A DNA stretch of 64,000 nt from Sedimentisphaerales bacterium (GCA_963666285.1 OY762711.1); one strand, 5' to 3'; counted from the stretch's first letter, positions 1 through 11,100 are shown. Notes: generated by a model from the sequence alone, not told the origin. Numbers and translations: made by a program.

Positions 1-1
1 T

Positions 2-157
2 TTTTGGATGGTCATCCGCAACAAAGAGCTTATCTGTGTCTGGTCCAGGAATCTGGCAAAAGATGATAAAAAGATAATCAGACTCTGGGACCCGGCCAAA
101 GGATTGACCTGGCACCAATGGTACCAGCTATGGCTGGCCTGCCATGAATATTTATAA
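2..157 (+). CDS. 3' end of a hypothetical phage protein (truncated by window start)
   Basis: Open frame FWMVIRNKELICVWSRNLAKDDKKIIRLWDPAKGLTWHQWYQLWLACHEYL ending TAA at 155-157, same strand as the following genes. Confidence 0.45.
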   Translation, partial: FWMVIRNKELICVWSRNLAKDDKKIIRLWDPAKGLTWHQWYQLWLACHEYL

Positions 158-240
158 TTAAGCGTGAGCGGAGCGAACACCGCCCCTAACACCTAACACC
201 TAATACCAAATACCTTTTATAGCGACAAAGGATTGAAGCT

Positions 241-621
241 ATGAAACACTCAAAACCAATCACAACCCCATCACAGCAATCCGAACTGCTGCACATCCTG
301 CAGGCAGCCGCCGAGCCTGCGCCCGCAATCGACCTGGCCAACACCGCAGGTCTGTCCGGATCCCACGAATCCAAACGCCGCAAGGTACGTGATCTCATCA
401 AAAAACTCCGAGACAATGGCCACTGGATAGTTGCGACGATCCAGGGCGGCTACTGGCTCACTAAAGACAAATATTTATGGCAGCAATACAACGAGCATAG
501 ATCAATCGACGCCAAGGTTATCCTGGCTGATATCTCCCGCCGCAAACAGGCTCAGCGTGACCAGCCTCAGGGCATGCTCTTCGACGTAACTAATTTAAAC
601 GCTATAGCAGGAGGATTTTAA
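241..621 (+). CDS. Phage winged helix-turn-helix protein
   Basis: AIDLANTAGLS...RRKVRDLIKKLRDNGHWIVATIQGGYWL resembles an HTH with a GY wing; AAAGGA RBS upstream. Confidence 0.6.
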   Translation: MKHSKPITTPSQQSELLHILQAAAEPAPAIDLANTAGLSGSHESKRRKVRDLIKKLRDNGHWIVATIQGGYWLTKDKYLWQQYNEHRSIDAKVILADISRRKQAQRDQPQGMLFDVTNLNAIAGGF

Positions 622-836
622 TGGCAGGTCATATCCAAACAGATTACATGCACATTGATGGTACCCCGATCATTCTATCACAAGGCTTAAATCCAAATAG
701 CGGCGAATGGCGTGCATACAAAAAGAACAACCTTACAAAGATCGCGGCCATCAAGCCCGGCACAGTTGATTTCTGTAATCGGCAGATGGCAGAAGGCAAA
801 AGCAGAGTCATTATCCCTAAAGGAGCGAAGAAATGA
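621..836 (+). CDS. Hypothetical phage protein
   Basis: 71-aa ORF with AGGAGG RBS; start and stop overlap both neighbouring genes. Confidence 0.6.
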   Translation: MAGHIQTDYMHIDGTPIILSQGLNPNSGEWRAYKKNNLTKIAAIKPGTVDFCNRQMAEGKSRVIIPKGAKK

Positions 837-1327
837 GTAATATATATACTGATTGTGCCAACGCCGCCATCGCCGCCGCAACAGCCCTGGAATTCACCGA
901 AGGCGTTGCACTCTTTAAGACCGTCGAATTCTGGAACTCACAGTTTGACGCTTCTGTCGGCGGCATGAGCAGCTTCGACCGACTCGCTCCGTTTTTCTTT
1001 ATCGAACCGGCAGCAGACGGCGGCAGGCGTGCCGGTGACGGAGATCTGAACGCGCCGGTAAACTTAAATATTATGATCGGCCAGAGCATGACCGGCAGAA
1101 GCGATAACGTCAAGGTCGGTGATGCCTATAACCCCGGCATCTTTGACATGCTCGAAAAGGTTATGCAAACCTTCGACATTTGGCATCCAAACAGCGTCGA
1201 TGGCTTCAGCGGTATTACTGTAGATGAATTCCGCTATCAGGCATCCTACGAACAGGCCGACGAAAAATGTAAACGGGCATTATACCAGATAACTTTCACT
1301 AGTAACTACATAGTACCAAGGAGTTAA
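833..1327 (+). CDS. Probable phage tail completion/terminator protein
   Basis: 164 aa, immediately upstream of the tube-like gene; C-terminal LYQITFTS beta strand fits tail terminators; assignment mainly by synteny. Confidence 0.5.
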   Translation: MSNIYTDCANAAIAAATALEFTEGVALFKTVEFWNSQFDASVGGMSSFDRLAPFFFIEPAADGGRRAGDGDLNAPVNLNIMIGQSMTGRSDNVKVGDAYNPGIFDMLEKVMQTFDIWHPNSVDGFSGITVDEFRYQASYEQADEKCKRALYQITFTSNYIVPRS

Positions 1328-1332
1328 ATTAA

Positions 1333-2226
1333 ATGGCTAACCAAAGAACCCACAAGGCCCAGGCCGCTACTATCAACGGAGTTTCGGCAGGCGGCCTTAC
1401 CACCGTTAACATAACTAAAGGATACGACAACGTTATCTCGTCCGAAGCTGACGGACTTGAGATCCCGCTCGTCGATAAAGAGATCCAGTTCTGTCGCGGC
1501 AGCGTTACCACCCAGGACATCACCCAGGCAATCAATCTTTTAACCGGCGAAGTAGGCACCTTCGTCTTTTATGAAATGGAATCAGGTGTAGCTACTTATG
1601 TCAAGCATACCATCACCAACCCGGTCATCCACCAGGTAAGTTTTAATATCGCCAAGGGCGGCTACGCTACCTGCAGCTTTAATTTCGAATGCAAAGCCGC
1701 CGACGCCACCAAAGGTTTCGCCGACATGCATACTGTCCTACGCGAACAGGCATCCCCGGATTATGTCGCAGCTAATCGCGGCGGCCACCGTGTCAAAACT
1801 CTGGCCTTATCTACTGTCAACATCCTGCATGTTACCGGCATTTCATTCTCACTGGCTCTGGAACTCAGCCGGGCCTGTAACGATAGCGATATTGGTTACA
1901 CCGTTGTCGATGCTATCCTGCAGGGCTATCAGCCGGGCGGTAGTATCGCTTTCGAAGATTCCGGCCCAACCGCCGCCCAGGACTTATCAGCCGACATCCT
2001 GTCAGCTGCTCGCGGCAGCCTGGTAGCTACAATCGCAATGGCCCAGGGAGCCACTGACAAAGTTATCACAATCGCCGGCGTCGAGTCCACCCAATGCAGC
2101 CAAAGCTCCTCTTCGTCCGGCGGCTTTACTACTTATGAAGGTAGTTATATAGTAACAAACAACACCATGACGCCGTTAACCCTGGCAGGTACCAACAAGA
2201 TCATCACTATCGCTAACGCGGCATAA
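1333..2226 (+). CDS. Probable phage major tail tube protein with internally duplicated domain
   Basis: Beta-rich, rich in Thr/Ala/Gly/Ser; AAGGAG RBS; lies between terminator-like and tape-measure-like genes; two alignable halves. Confidence 0.55.
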   Translation: MANQRTHKAQAATINGVSAGGLTTVNITKGYDNVISSEADGLEIPLVDKEIQFCRGSVTTQDITQAINLLTGEVGTFVFYEMESGVATYVKHTITNPVIHQVSFNIAKGGYATCSFNFECKAADATKGFADMHTVLREQASPDYVAANRGGHRVKTLALSTVNILHVTGISFSLALELSRACNDSDIGYTVVDAILQGYQPGGSIAFEDSGPTAAQDLSADILSAARGSLVATIAMAQGATDKVITIAGVESTQCSQSSSSSGGFTTYEGSYIVTNNTMTPLTLAGTNKIITIANAA

Positions 2227-2238
2227 TAAGGTAATATT

Positions 2239-3849
2239 ATGGGCAAAGACCTAAACATTGAAATAACCGCAACCGGCGTTAATGTCACCAACGAAAAATT
2301 AAAAGGGCTCGGCAAGACCGGCAAGAAGGTCGGCGAAGAAATCCAGCAAGGCAGCCAAAAAGGCAAAGAAGGTTTAGAAGGACTTGACCAGCAAAGCAAA
2401 AAAACAGAGAGAGGTCTAGGTTCATTTGTCAAATCTATAGGAGACTTTAAGACCAAAATCTTTTCTGCAGTTGGTATCATTACCACCCTGATCGGCATAC
2501 TCAAAATATGGCTTGACTATCTTAACAAAATCGCCGCCGCCCAGCGTGAAATCGCCGAACAGGCTAAAAGCCTGGATTCCGCTGCCAAAGCTCTTGCCTC
2601 CCAGGCCGGTATCATGAGCACCGAAGGGGGGATCGCCGCTTCCAGGGAACAAATAATTAAAATAATGCAGGGCGGCAACCTTTCAGACGTCGGGCTCGCC
2701 GAAGGCATCGCCGTTTCCACCCATTCAGCTTTTGGCACAAAAGGCCAGGCTTTGACCGACTCGCAGGTTGGTATCGCTTCAACTGTAGCTGACTTTGCTC
2801 AGCGTAAAGGCATCAGTGCCTCCGGAGCTGACCAGCTCTTCAAAGTCTTAGCCGCTATGGATGTCTCCGACCAGGCGTCAGCTCAATCGGCTATCCAAAA
2901 GATATCCTCCGTCCAGCAAGCATCCAAAGCCAAAACTTTCGAGCAGTTCATTACCGGCGGTGTAAAATCTCTAATCCCGGCCATGGCAATGGGAGCCTCC
3001 CCGGAGCGAGCCCTGGCAGATTTTGCAACTACCCTTAACGCTTCATCCTCCGCCGAAGAAGGTGCCACAACGGCCAGCCAGCTCTCCAGGTTATTACAAA
3101 GCCCTGACGCGATCGCCGGTATGACAGCAGGCACCGGCCTCTCTGAAGTACAATTCCGCAACCTGCCCTACGATCAAAAGATGGGCATGCTCGACCAATT
3201 TCTTAAAGGAAACTCTTCTACCGGTGAAGGGCAGATGTACCTGCAAAGTTTAGGCCTGACCGAAGAGCAAATGAAGGCAGCCGTAACTTTATACAACCCG
3301 GCAAACGTTGCCGCACGCTCAAACTTTATGCAGCTCGGTCGAACCTCGACCGCTGCCGAATTCGCCAAAGAATCTGCCGGTTGGCGCAATACCACCCTGG
3401 GCCAGGTTGAGACCATGGACTCCCAGGCAGCTATTGTTTCGATGCAAGCTACACGTGACCAAAGAATCGGCTTAGCTATCAAAAATCTGGCAGAAAAACA
3501 TTTTCAGCAATACAAAGCAGCTGGCCTAACAAGCATTCTTGCTACAGATAAAAAAGATCAGCAAAACGAAATAATATTCAAGCCGTTGTGGGAAGAATTT
3601 ATCAAAACTACAGATGGCAAATCCTTCATCAACTGGACGCCAGAACAGAAAGACATGCGAGAAAAATTGATTAAGCTCAAACGAGCTAACCTAGACTCAG
3701 AAGTGCCTGTAGGAACTATCGGTGAGGTGGTTGAAGATTTCGAACAATTTACAGGAAAAAGTGCAACAACGGTAATAAATAACTATATGGCGCCGATATA
3801 CAACCGTCAGGATTCCGGCAGTCCGCCGCGAGTCTCACCCACAGATTAA
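2239..3849 (+). CDS. Phage tail tape-measure-like protein (short, 536 aa)
   Basis: N-terminal MGKDLNIEITATG, Ala/Gly/Gln-rich helical sequence, one hydrophobic segment, C-terminal TTVINNY. Confidence 0.65.
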   Translation: MGKDLNIEITATGVNVTNEKLKGLGKTGKKVGEEIQQGSQKGKEGLEGLDQQSKKTERGLGSFVKSIGDFKTKIFSAVGIITTLIGILKIWLDYLNKIAAAQREIAEQAKSLDSAAKALASQAGIMSTEGGIAASREQIIKIMQGGNLSDVGLAEGIAVSTHSAFGTKGQALTDSQVGIASTVADFAQRKGISASGADQLFKVLAAMDVSDQASAQSAIQKISSVQQASKAKTFEQFITGGVKSLIPAMAMGASPERALADFATTLNASSSAEEGATTASQLSRLLQSPDAIAGMTAGTGLSEVQFRNLPYDQKMGMLDQFLKGNSSTGEGQMYLQSLGLTEEQMKAAVTLYNPANVAARSNFMQLGRTSTAAEFAKESAGWRNTTLGQVETMDSQAAIVSMQATRDQRIGLAIKNLAEKHFQQYKAAGLTSILATDKKDQQNEIIFKPLWEEFIKTTDGKSFINWTPEQKDMREKLIKLKRANLDSEVPVGTIGEVVEDFEQFTGKSATTVINNYMAPIYNRQDSGSPPRVSPTD

Positions 3850-3915
3850 TTACAACGAGCTACAGAGCTGCGAGTACCGCAGCTTATTACTTATATCTTA
3901 TTACTGAGTTTAAAA

Positions 3916-4281
3916 ATGGCAGACATCAACACAATTTTTGGTTATGAAACCAGGGTTATAGCTACTCCAGGTAAGGTCAGAAGAATTCTGACATCAATCC
4001 CAGGCTCAGATATTCGCCTTTGTAGCAATCTCGGCAAAGCAGGTTACACCCTCTATGTATTCTCAAACATTCGCGGTCTTACTCGCGATGCCACGGCAGC
4101 TATATTTGAATCGCTGCAAGCCATGCAGTCAAATGCCCCCGAAACCTGGACCTACGGCTCAGATACTTTTTACAATGTCATAATGACCGGAGTCCGCCCA
4201 ATTGGCGACCGAATGTACACCTATTCTGGAAGTTCAGGCACCTGGCTCTGTCAGGTCATGGCAACCCTGGAGGAACTGTAA
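3916..4281 (+). CDS. Probable distal tail (Dit-like) protein
   Basis: 121 aa directly after the tape-measure gene; ends ...VMATLEEL, as is typical of distal tail proteins. Confidence 0.45.
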   Translation: MADINTIFGYETRVIATPGKVRRILTSIPGSDIRLCSNLGKAGYTLYVFSNIRGLTRDATAAIFESLQAMQSNAPETWTYGSDTFYNVIMTGVRPIGDRMYTYSGSSGTWLCQVMATLEEL

Positions 4282-4674
4282 ACAAGTGAAGAACGAAGCC
4301 AAAATAGAATAAAACAGGTCCCACCGCAGGCGGCACCTTCTCTAATACCAAATACCTAACACATAAAACTTGTTAGAGTTTTTTCTGCCGGTATAGCAAT
4401 CGCGATGCCAAAGGCGACAATTGAATAACCAGGCAGCCAGCCGGACAGTAATTTTTGAAAGAGAAAAACACTGAATCCGGCCATAGGTATTTTTAAACAC
4501 CTGATTTCTACTATTTTAACCCAAAATCCCGCGCACGCAACGCGCACGGGCGCACGATACTGGCGCACGAAAGAAATAAAAAAACGGCAAATTATTAAAT
4601 CTAATAATCGCCGTTTATAGTGCCGTTAATGGCCTTTTAAACGCTTTTAAATTGTTCTCACCTGACTATACTTT

Positions 4675-4836
4675 TTGGCCATCTGTCTTGTCATAGATCA
4701 TAATCTAACGCCATTTTGGCCATCTTTCGATTGCTCGGACAATCGCCACAAATCTTTCGTAAGTCTTTTCATTCCCACGCATTATCGGCTATCTCCCTTC
4801 AATCCCGCAATTGGCCATCTAGTCTGTCGGTTTACA
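4675..4836. repeat. Putative transposase-binding repeats and right terminus
   Basis: TTGGCCATCT at 4675-4684, 4716-4725 and 4811-4820; degenerate TCGGCTATCT at 4785-4794; terminal ACA at 4834-4836. Confidence 0.6.
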
Positions 4837-4888
4837 CCAATATGAGCTTTGTCTTTCATATAGAATAAAAATATCCCCCCCGGTATTT

Positions 4889-5323
4889 TTAGACCCATTT
4901 ATTATAACTTTTGAGGGTAACGAAGGTTTCTGTGCGGGCGATGCCGGAGACCTTCGAAAGCGATTCGGTCAGAAAATGAACCAGCCCCTTATTGGAATCG
5001 ACCAGTACCTCAATGAACAAGTCGTATCTGCCAGAAGTAATCGAGACAGAAAGCACATCATCAAGTTCGGCAATCTCCTTTGCTTTTTCGGTTAGCAGGC
5101 TGGACTTTTCCACGTTTGCCATAATGGTCGCCAGCTGCTGGTTCTCCAGCAGGTTTGGATCTCGCAGTCCCCTGATCTTGAGGATATTATTGTCCTGAAG
5201 GCGTTTGATCCGCTGTCGGACAGCACCTTCAGAAAGCCCGATGATTTTAGCGATCTCGGTATTGGTGTAGTTATTTTCCGATAAAAGGTTAATTATTTTC
5301 CAATCGGTTTCGTTTGGCTGCAT
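4889..5323 (-). CDS. Lrp/AsnC family transcriptional regulator
   Basis: N-terminal HTH (TEIAKIIGLSEGAVRQRIKRL) and C-terminal SGRYDL RAM domain; directly downstream of ald. Confidence 0.9.
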   Translation of the reverse strand: MQPNETDWKIINLLSENNYTNTEIAKIIGLSEGAVRQRIKRLQDNNILKIRGLRDPNLLENQQLATIMANVEKSSLLTEKAKEIAELDDVLSVSITSGRYDLFIEVLVDSNKGLVHFLTESLSKVSGIARTETFVTLKSYNKWV

Positions 5324-5334
5324 TATACCCCCCT

Positions 5335-6450
5335 CTACTGCAAAACACTCTCTACCGGGTAATATTCAATATCCAGGCTTTCTGCAACATTCTGATAGAC
5401 ACATTTGCCAAGATAAAGGTTGGCACCCATCGCTATTGCCGGATGTTCCATACAAGCCCGTTCGAACCCTTTTTCTGCAATTAACAGGCCGTAACGAAGC
5501 GTGGTACCGGTAAGGGCCAGAGTGGAAGAAAGAGCAACGGCGCCCGGCATATTGGCAACGCAATAATGTACAACATCATCTACTATATATACCGGGTCAT
5601 TGTGGGTAGTCGGCCTGGTAGTTTCGGTACAACCGCCCTGATCAACGGAGATATCAACAATAACCGAGCCCTTTTTCATCTTCGGCAGATCGCATTTTTT
5701 GATTAGACGAGGAGTCTTGGCACCGTGGATAAGGACCGCGGCAATAACAAGGTCGGACTGTTCCAGAACATATTCGATATTGGCATCGTTACTATATAAA
5801 GTAGTAATCTGAGTGCCGAAGATATCGTCAAGATAAGCCAGCCGGTTGGAATTAACGTCCAGTATAGTAACATCAGCACCTATGCCAACAGCCATCTTGC
5901 AGGCATTGGTTCCGGCGATACCGCCGCCTAATATAGCAATTTTACCGCGTCTGATGCCAGGAACGCCGCCAAGCAATATGCCGCGACCGCCGAAAGGCTT
6001 TTCGAGATATTTGGCACCTTCCTGAATAGAAAGCCGTCCGGCGATCTCACTCATAGGCTTCAGGCAAGGCAACTGACCATCCGGAGTTTCGATAGTCTCG
6101 TAGGCGATCGCCTTTATCTTTTTGGCCAGCAATGCGTCGGTAAGCTCTTTATCTGCGGCCAGATGCAGATAGGTATACAAAATCTGCCCCTCATGGAAAA
6201 GATCGTACTCTTCCGGCAATGGCTCTTTGACCTTAACAATCATATCACAGGTATCAAAAATCTGCTTTTTCTCTGAGATTATCTCGGCACCGGCAGCAGT
6301 ATACTCGCTATCAGTGAAACCGGCGTTCAAACCGGCATCTTTTTCGATAAAAACTTTATGCCCTCGAGCGATATATGCCTTGGTACAGGACGGGGTCAGG
6401 CCAACACGATATTCGTGAGTCTTAATTTCTTTAACACAGCCAATATTCAT
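5335..6450 (-). CDS. ald: Alanine dehydrogenase
   Basis: KEIKTHEYRVGLTP, KVKEP, PMSEIAGRLS, DQGGC and VANMPGAV motifs. Confidence 0.97.
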   Translation of the reverse strand: MNIGCVKEIKTHEYRVGLTPSCTKAYIARGHKVFIEKDAGLNAGFTDSEYTAAGAEIISEKKQIFDTCDMIVKVKEPLPEEYDLFHEGQILYTYLHLAADKELTDALLAKKIKAIAYETIETPDGQLPCLKPMSEIAGRLSIQEGAKYLEKPFGGRGILLGGVPGIRRGKIAILGGGIAGTNACKMAVGIGADVTILDVNSNRLAYLDDIFGTQITTLYSNDANIEYVLEQSDLVIAAVLIHGAKTPRLIKKCDLPKMKKGSVIVDISVDQGGCTETTRPTTHNDPVYIVDDVVHYCVANMPGAVALSSTLALTGTTLRYGLLIAEKGFERACMEHPAIAMGANLYLGKCVYQNVAESLDIEYYPVESVLQ

Positions 6451-6603
6451 AATGTTTATCCTTTATACAAAAGTGTCAAATTAGTTGTCATGATGTATTA
6501 ATACTACTATTTTCGTAATTAATCAACTAAAAATATACTAATTTAGTAGATTTATTCAAAAAAATCACAGTTTTTGACAACAAAATTGGAATTTTCGATA
6601 CAT

Positions 6604-6638
6604 AAAAAAAGGCAAGGCTCCAAATTGGAACCCTGCCT
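6604..6638 (-). terminator. Rho-independent terminator after gltD
   Basis: Imperfect stem AGGCAAGGCTCCAA/TTGGAACCCTGCCT with a T7 tract on the minus strand. Confidence 0.6.
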
Positions 6639-6716
6639 GAATATCTTCTCAAATTTGAATTTGTCTGTCGCTTAGCGGCAAACAACTCCTTATTTATTAT
6701 ATATATATTAGCCGGT

Positions 6717-8147
6717 CTATTTCTTATCTGCGAGATAGCTGCTGATAGCAGCGGCGGCCTGACGACCTTCCCAGATACAATGTACCACAAGGGAAGCACC
6801 ACGATTGGCATCACCGGCGGCAAATACGCCCGGCACACTGGACATATAATTAGCGTCCAGCTGGACATTACCGCGATTGTCAAGTTCAACGCCAAGGTCT
6901 TCGAGTAAACCGTTATGAACCGGATGGACAAAACCCATCGCCAGCAGAACAAGATCTACATCAAGTTCGAACTCGCTGCCCGGCACTTCGCTCATCTGGT
7001 AACGGCCATCGACCATTTCCCATTTAACTTCACAGCATACGGCTTTCTTAACTACGCCGCCTTTGCCGATAAGTTTTTTGGTATTGATGCACCAGCGACG
7101 CTGGCAGCCTTCCTTGTGTGAAGAACTGGTACGCATGATACGCGGCCAGTACGGCCACGGGTTAGAATTATCATCGCGTGCTTCCGGCGGCTGAGGCAAA
7201 ATTTCGCACTGGGTAACACTTTTGGCACCATGACGGATAGAGGTACCAACACAGTCGCTACCGGTATCACCACCACCGACAACCAGCACATTCTTGCCCT
7301 TGGCAGAAATGATCTGATCGGCTGGTATCTTATCGCCCAGGTTGATCTTAACCTGCTGGCCAAGAAGCTCAAGGGCAAAATGAACACCTTTCAGTTCACG
7401 GCCTTCGACGCCGAGGTCACGAGGCTGGCCGGCACCGATAGTAATACAAATCGCATCGAAATGGCTCTTCAGATAACTAACGGACAGGTCTTTACCAACA
7501 TTTATGCCGGTTTCAAATTTAACGCCTTCAGCTTCCATCTGCGCCAGTCTGCGGTCGATAACGCTCTTATCCAGTTTGAAGTTCGGGATACCATAGCGAA
7601 GCAGACCACCAATCCGGTCATCTTTTTCGTATACGGTAACATCATGCCCGGCACGAGCCAGCTGCTGAGCAGCCGCAAGACCGGCAGGACCTGAACCGAT
7701 AACAGCAACCTTTTTGCCGCTTTTAACTTCGGCCGGTTGAGGTACGATCCAGCCTTCTTCCCAGCCCTTCTCGGCGATCTGATTTTCGATATGACGGATC
7801 AATACCGCATCGTCGTTCAGGTTAAGGGTACAAGAAGCCTCGCAAAGAGCCGGGCAGATACGACCGGTAAACTCGGGGAAATTATTAGTAGCATGGAGAA
7901 TATCCAGTGCCTTTTTCCATTTACCCTGATAGATCATATCATTAAAGTCCGGGATATCATTGCAAAGAGTACAGCCCATCCCCTGGCAGAACGGTATGCC
8001 GCAATCCATACATCGAGCAGCCTGAGTTCTCAGGTCTTCTTCGGTAAGGTGAACTTCAATCTCATTGTAGTCTTTTACCCGGTCATCTACCGGGCGATAG
8101 CCTACTTCCTGTCTTTTATATTCTATAAATCCTGTAGGTTTAGCCAT
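6717..8147 (-). CDS. gltD: Glutamate synthase small subunit
   Basis: [42 protein letters not shown]; overlaps the gltB stop. Confidence 0.97.
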   Translation of the reverse strand: MAKPTGFIEYKRQEVGYRPVDDRVKDYNEIEVHLTEEDLRTQAARCMDCGIPFCQGMGCTLCNDIPDFNDMIYQGKWKKALDILHATNNFPEFTGRICPALCEASCTLNLNDDAVLIRHIENQIAEKGWEEGWIVPQPAEVKSGKKVAVIGSGPAGLAAAQQLARAGHDVTVYEKDDRIGGLLRYGIPNFKLDKSVIDRRLAQMEAEGVKFETGINVGKDLSVSYLKSHFDAICITIGAGQPRDLGVEGRELKGVHFALELLGQQVKINLGDKIPADQIISAKGKNVLVVGGGDTGSDCVGTSIRHGAKSVTQCEILPQPPEARDDNSNPWPYWPRIMRTSSSHKEGCQRRWCINTKKLIGKGGVVKKAVCCEVKWEMVDGRYQMSEVPGSEFELDVDLVLLAMGFVHPVHNGLLEDLGVELDNRGNVQLDANYMSSVPGVFAAGDANRGASLVVHCIWEGRQAAAAISSYLADKK

Positions 8148-11100
8148 TGTTAAAAACCTCCTCCGTAGCTGGAGTTTGTTCTGTCAATCTAGATTCTTTT
8201 TCTTTCATTTGCTGAAGTGCCCTGCGATAATCGATAGGCATTACCTTAACAAACATTCCTACCGCTTCATCCCAGTTGTCCAGCAGCCGCTTAGCCTGCT
8301 TTGAACCGGTCCACTTATAATGTTTCTGAACAAGGTCCAGCAGAAGTTCCTTATCTTCATCGAGCCAGACGTTCTCAAGGTCAACCATGTCCAGGTTGCA
8401 AAGAGTATCGAACAGCTGATGTTCATCATATACATAAGCGATACCACCGCTCATACCGGCGGCAAAGTTTCGACCGGTTGTACCCAGTACAACAACCACA
8501 CCGTTTGTCATATATTCGCAGCCATGATCGCCGACACCTTCTACAACGGCACGGGCACCACTGTTACGAACACAGAAACGCTCACCGGCAAGACCATTGA
8601 TAAATACCTCGCCACCGGTCGCACCGTAGAGCAGGGTATTACCAACGATAATATTATTATGAGCTTCAAACGGACAGGCTTCAGGAGTCTTAACAACGAT
8701 ACGACCGCCAGAAAGCCCTTTACCCAGATAGTCATTAGCATCGCCAGTCAGGTTCAGGGTAACACCCGGACACAGCCAGGCACCAAAACTCTGTCCGGCG
8801 GAACCCTTGAGCTTAACTTCAAGAGTATTGTCCGGCAGGCCCTTGGCACCATGTTTCTTGACGATCAGGTTACTCATTATTGTACCAACTGTACGATAGA
8901 TGTTTTTGGTTTCCATCTCAACGACAGTCTTTTCTTTATTTTCAATCGCAGGTTTGGCCTGTTCGATGATCTTCCAGTCATAGCTTTGCTCCAGCGGATT
9001 TTCCTGCTTCTTGGAACAATACAGAGTCTCACCTTCATGAACTTCAGGCACCTTAAAGATCGCACTGAAGTCCAGGCCTTCTGCCTTCCAGTGGTCGATA
9101 GCCTTTTCACGGGCCAGGTACTGAACCTGTCCAACCATATCTTCAAACTTACGGAAGCCAAGCTGAGCCATAATCTCGCGAACTTCTTCTGCTACGAACA
9201 TCATGAAGTTCACCAGGTGGGCAGGATCGCCGTTGAATTTCTTACGCAGGCAATCAGTCTGAGTAGCAACACCAACCGGGCAGGTACCCAGATGACATTT
9301 ACGCATCATAACACAGCCAAGAGCGATAAGAGCCGTTGTACCGAAACCGAATCTTTCAGCACCGAGTAATGCCGCGATAACAACGTCGCGACCGGTCTTG
9401 AGCTGACCATCCGCCTGAACAATGATCCTGTCACGCAGGCCATTCAGCACTAATGTCTGCTGAGTTTCGGCCAGGCCAAGTTCCCAAGGCAGTCCGGCAT
9501 GCTTGATAGACGATAGCGGGCTAGCACCGGTACCACCGTCATAACCGGAGATAAGCACCTCATCGGAGTTTCCTTTACTAACACCGGCGGCAACAGTACC
9601 AACACCAACTTCTGATACCAGCTTAACCGAAACCTGGGCACCATTACCGGCACACTTCAGGTCATAGATCAGCTGGGCCAGGTCCTCAATAGAGTAAATA
9701 TCATGATGAGGAGGAGGTGAGATCAGAGTCACACCCGGAGTAGAGAAACGCAGTCTCGCGATCTCTTCAGAAACCTTGTGGCCGGGCAGCTGCCCGCCTT
9801 CACCGGGCTTGGCACCCTGAGCCATTTTGATCTGTATCATTTCAGCACGGGACAGGTAATCCATTGTAACGCCGAAACGACCGGACGCAACCTGCTTGAT
9901 ACGGCAGGAACGGTCATCACCGTTAGGATCAAGAGTATAACGGGCAGAGTCTTCGCCACCTTCACCGGTATTACTCCTGGCACCAATCCGGTTCATTGCG
10001 ATTGCCATTGACTCGTGAGCTTCCTTACTAATCGAGCCATGCGACATCGCACCGGTACAGAAACGTTTTACAATTTCGTTGGCCGGTTCAACTTCATCAA
10101 TAGAGACCGGGGTACCGGGGATGAACTCGAACATACCGCGAAGAGTACAGCGGCGTTCGGCCTGTCTATCTATAATAGCTGAATACTTTTTAAATGTGGC
10201 AAAGTCGTTATTACGAATCGCCTGATGGACCAGTGCTATCGCTTCAGGTGTCAGCAGATGCTGTTCACCGCTCTTGCGATAGTGATACTCGCCGCCATGT
10301 TCGAGATCCATCGCCCCGATTTTTTTAGGGGTAAACGCTTCGTCATGACGCTTGATAGCTTCAGCAGCTATCTGGCCGAGTCCGATACCTTCGATACGAG
10401 AAGCGGTACCGGTAAAGTATTCATCGATAACAGCTTTATTTATACCAACACATTCAAACAACTGTGCAGAATGATAACTGCGAAGGGTCGAGATACCCAT
10501 CTTCGACATAGTCTTGAGGATACCTTTCTTGATCGCAGCTATATAATTATCAACATAAACGGTATCTTCCTTATCAGCCGGCAGGTCACCTTCCTGTTTC
10601 AAAAGGTGCAGAGCTTCAAATGCCAGGTAAGGATTAACAGCATTGGCACCGTAACCGCACAGCAGGCAGAAGTGCATAACTTCTCTAGCTTCGGCTGTCT
10701 CGATTACCAGCCCGGCCTCACCACGCAAGCCCTTATTGAGCAAGCCATGGTTCAGAGCCGCAGTTGCCAGCAAAGACGGGATAGCAGCTTTTTCTTCATT
10801 GAAGCCCTTATCGCTTACAATAATCAGCGAAGCACCATCTTCGATAACCTTCTCGGCATCAGCGAGAAGTTTATCAAGGCCTTTCTTCAGAGCCTTGCCG
10901 GGGTCAGCTGCCTTGGCATCGAACAAAGCATCGATAGTAGCGACCTTAAAGTCTTCCCTGGTATTTGCCCTGAGCAGGTCCATATCATCACTAGTCAATA
11001 TCGGATGAGGGATCTTTAACTGTCGGCAATGTTCAGGAGATTCCGTCAGCAGGTTCTGCTGCTTACCGGTAAATGACATCAGGCTCATTACCAATCCTTC

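Larger units (their letters stand above)
1..4836 (+). mobile_element. Right-hand part of a probable transposable (Mu-like) prophage or remnant; left end outside window
   Basis: Co-oriented phage-like ORFs (wHTH, tail terminator-like, tube-like, tape-measure-like). Then three TTGGCCATCT copies (4675, 4716, 4811) and a ...GTCGGTTTACA end at 4836. Host genes begin immediately after on the opposite strand. Confidence 0.65.

Noticed and set aside
4356..4568. 70-aa minus-strand ORF near the prophage end
   Set aside because: No evident RBS, opposite to the phage genes and overlapping repeat motifs; probably non-coding.
4610..4655. Resemblance of the TTTTAAACGCTTTTAAA region to a Mu-type strong gyrase site
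   Set aside because: Impression only; cannot be aligned from memory, and in Mu the site is central rather than terminal.
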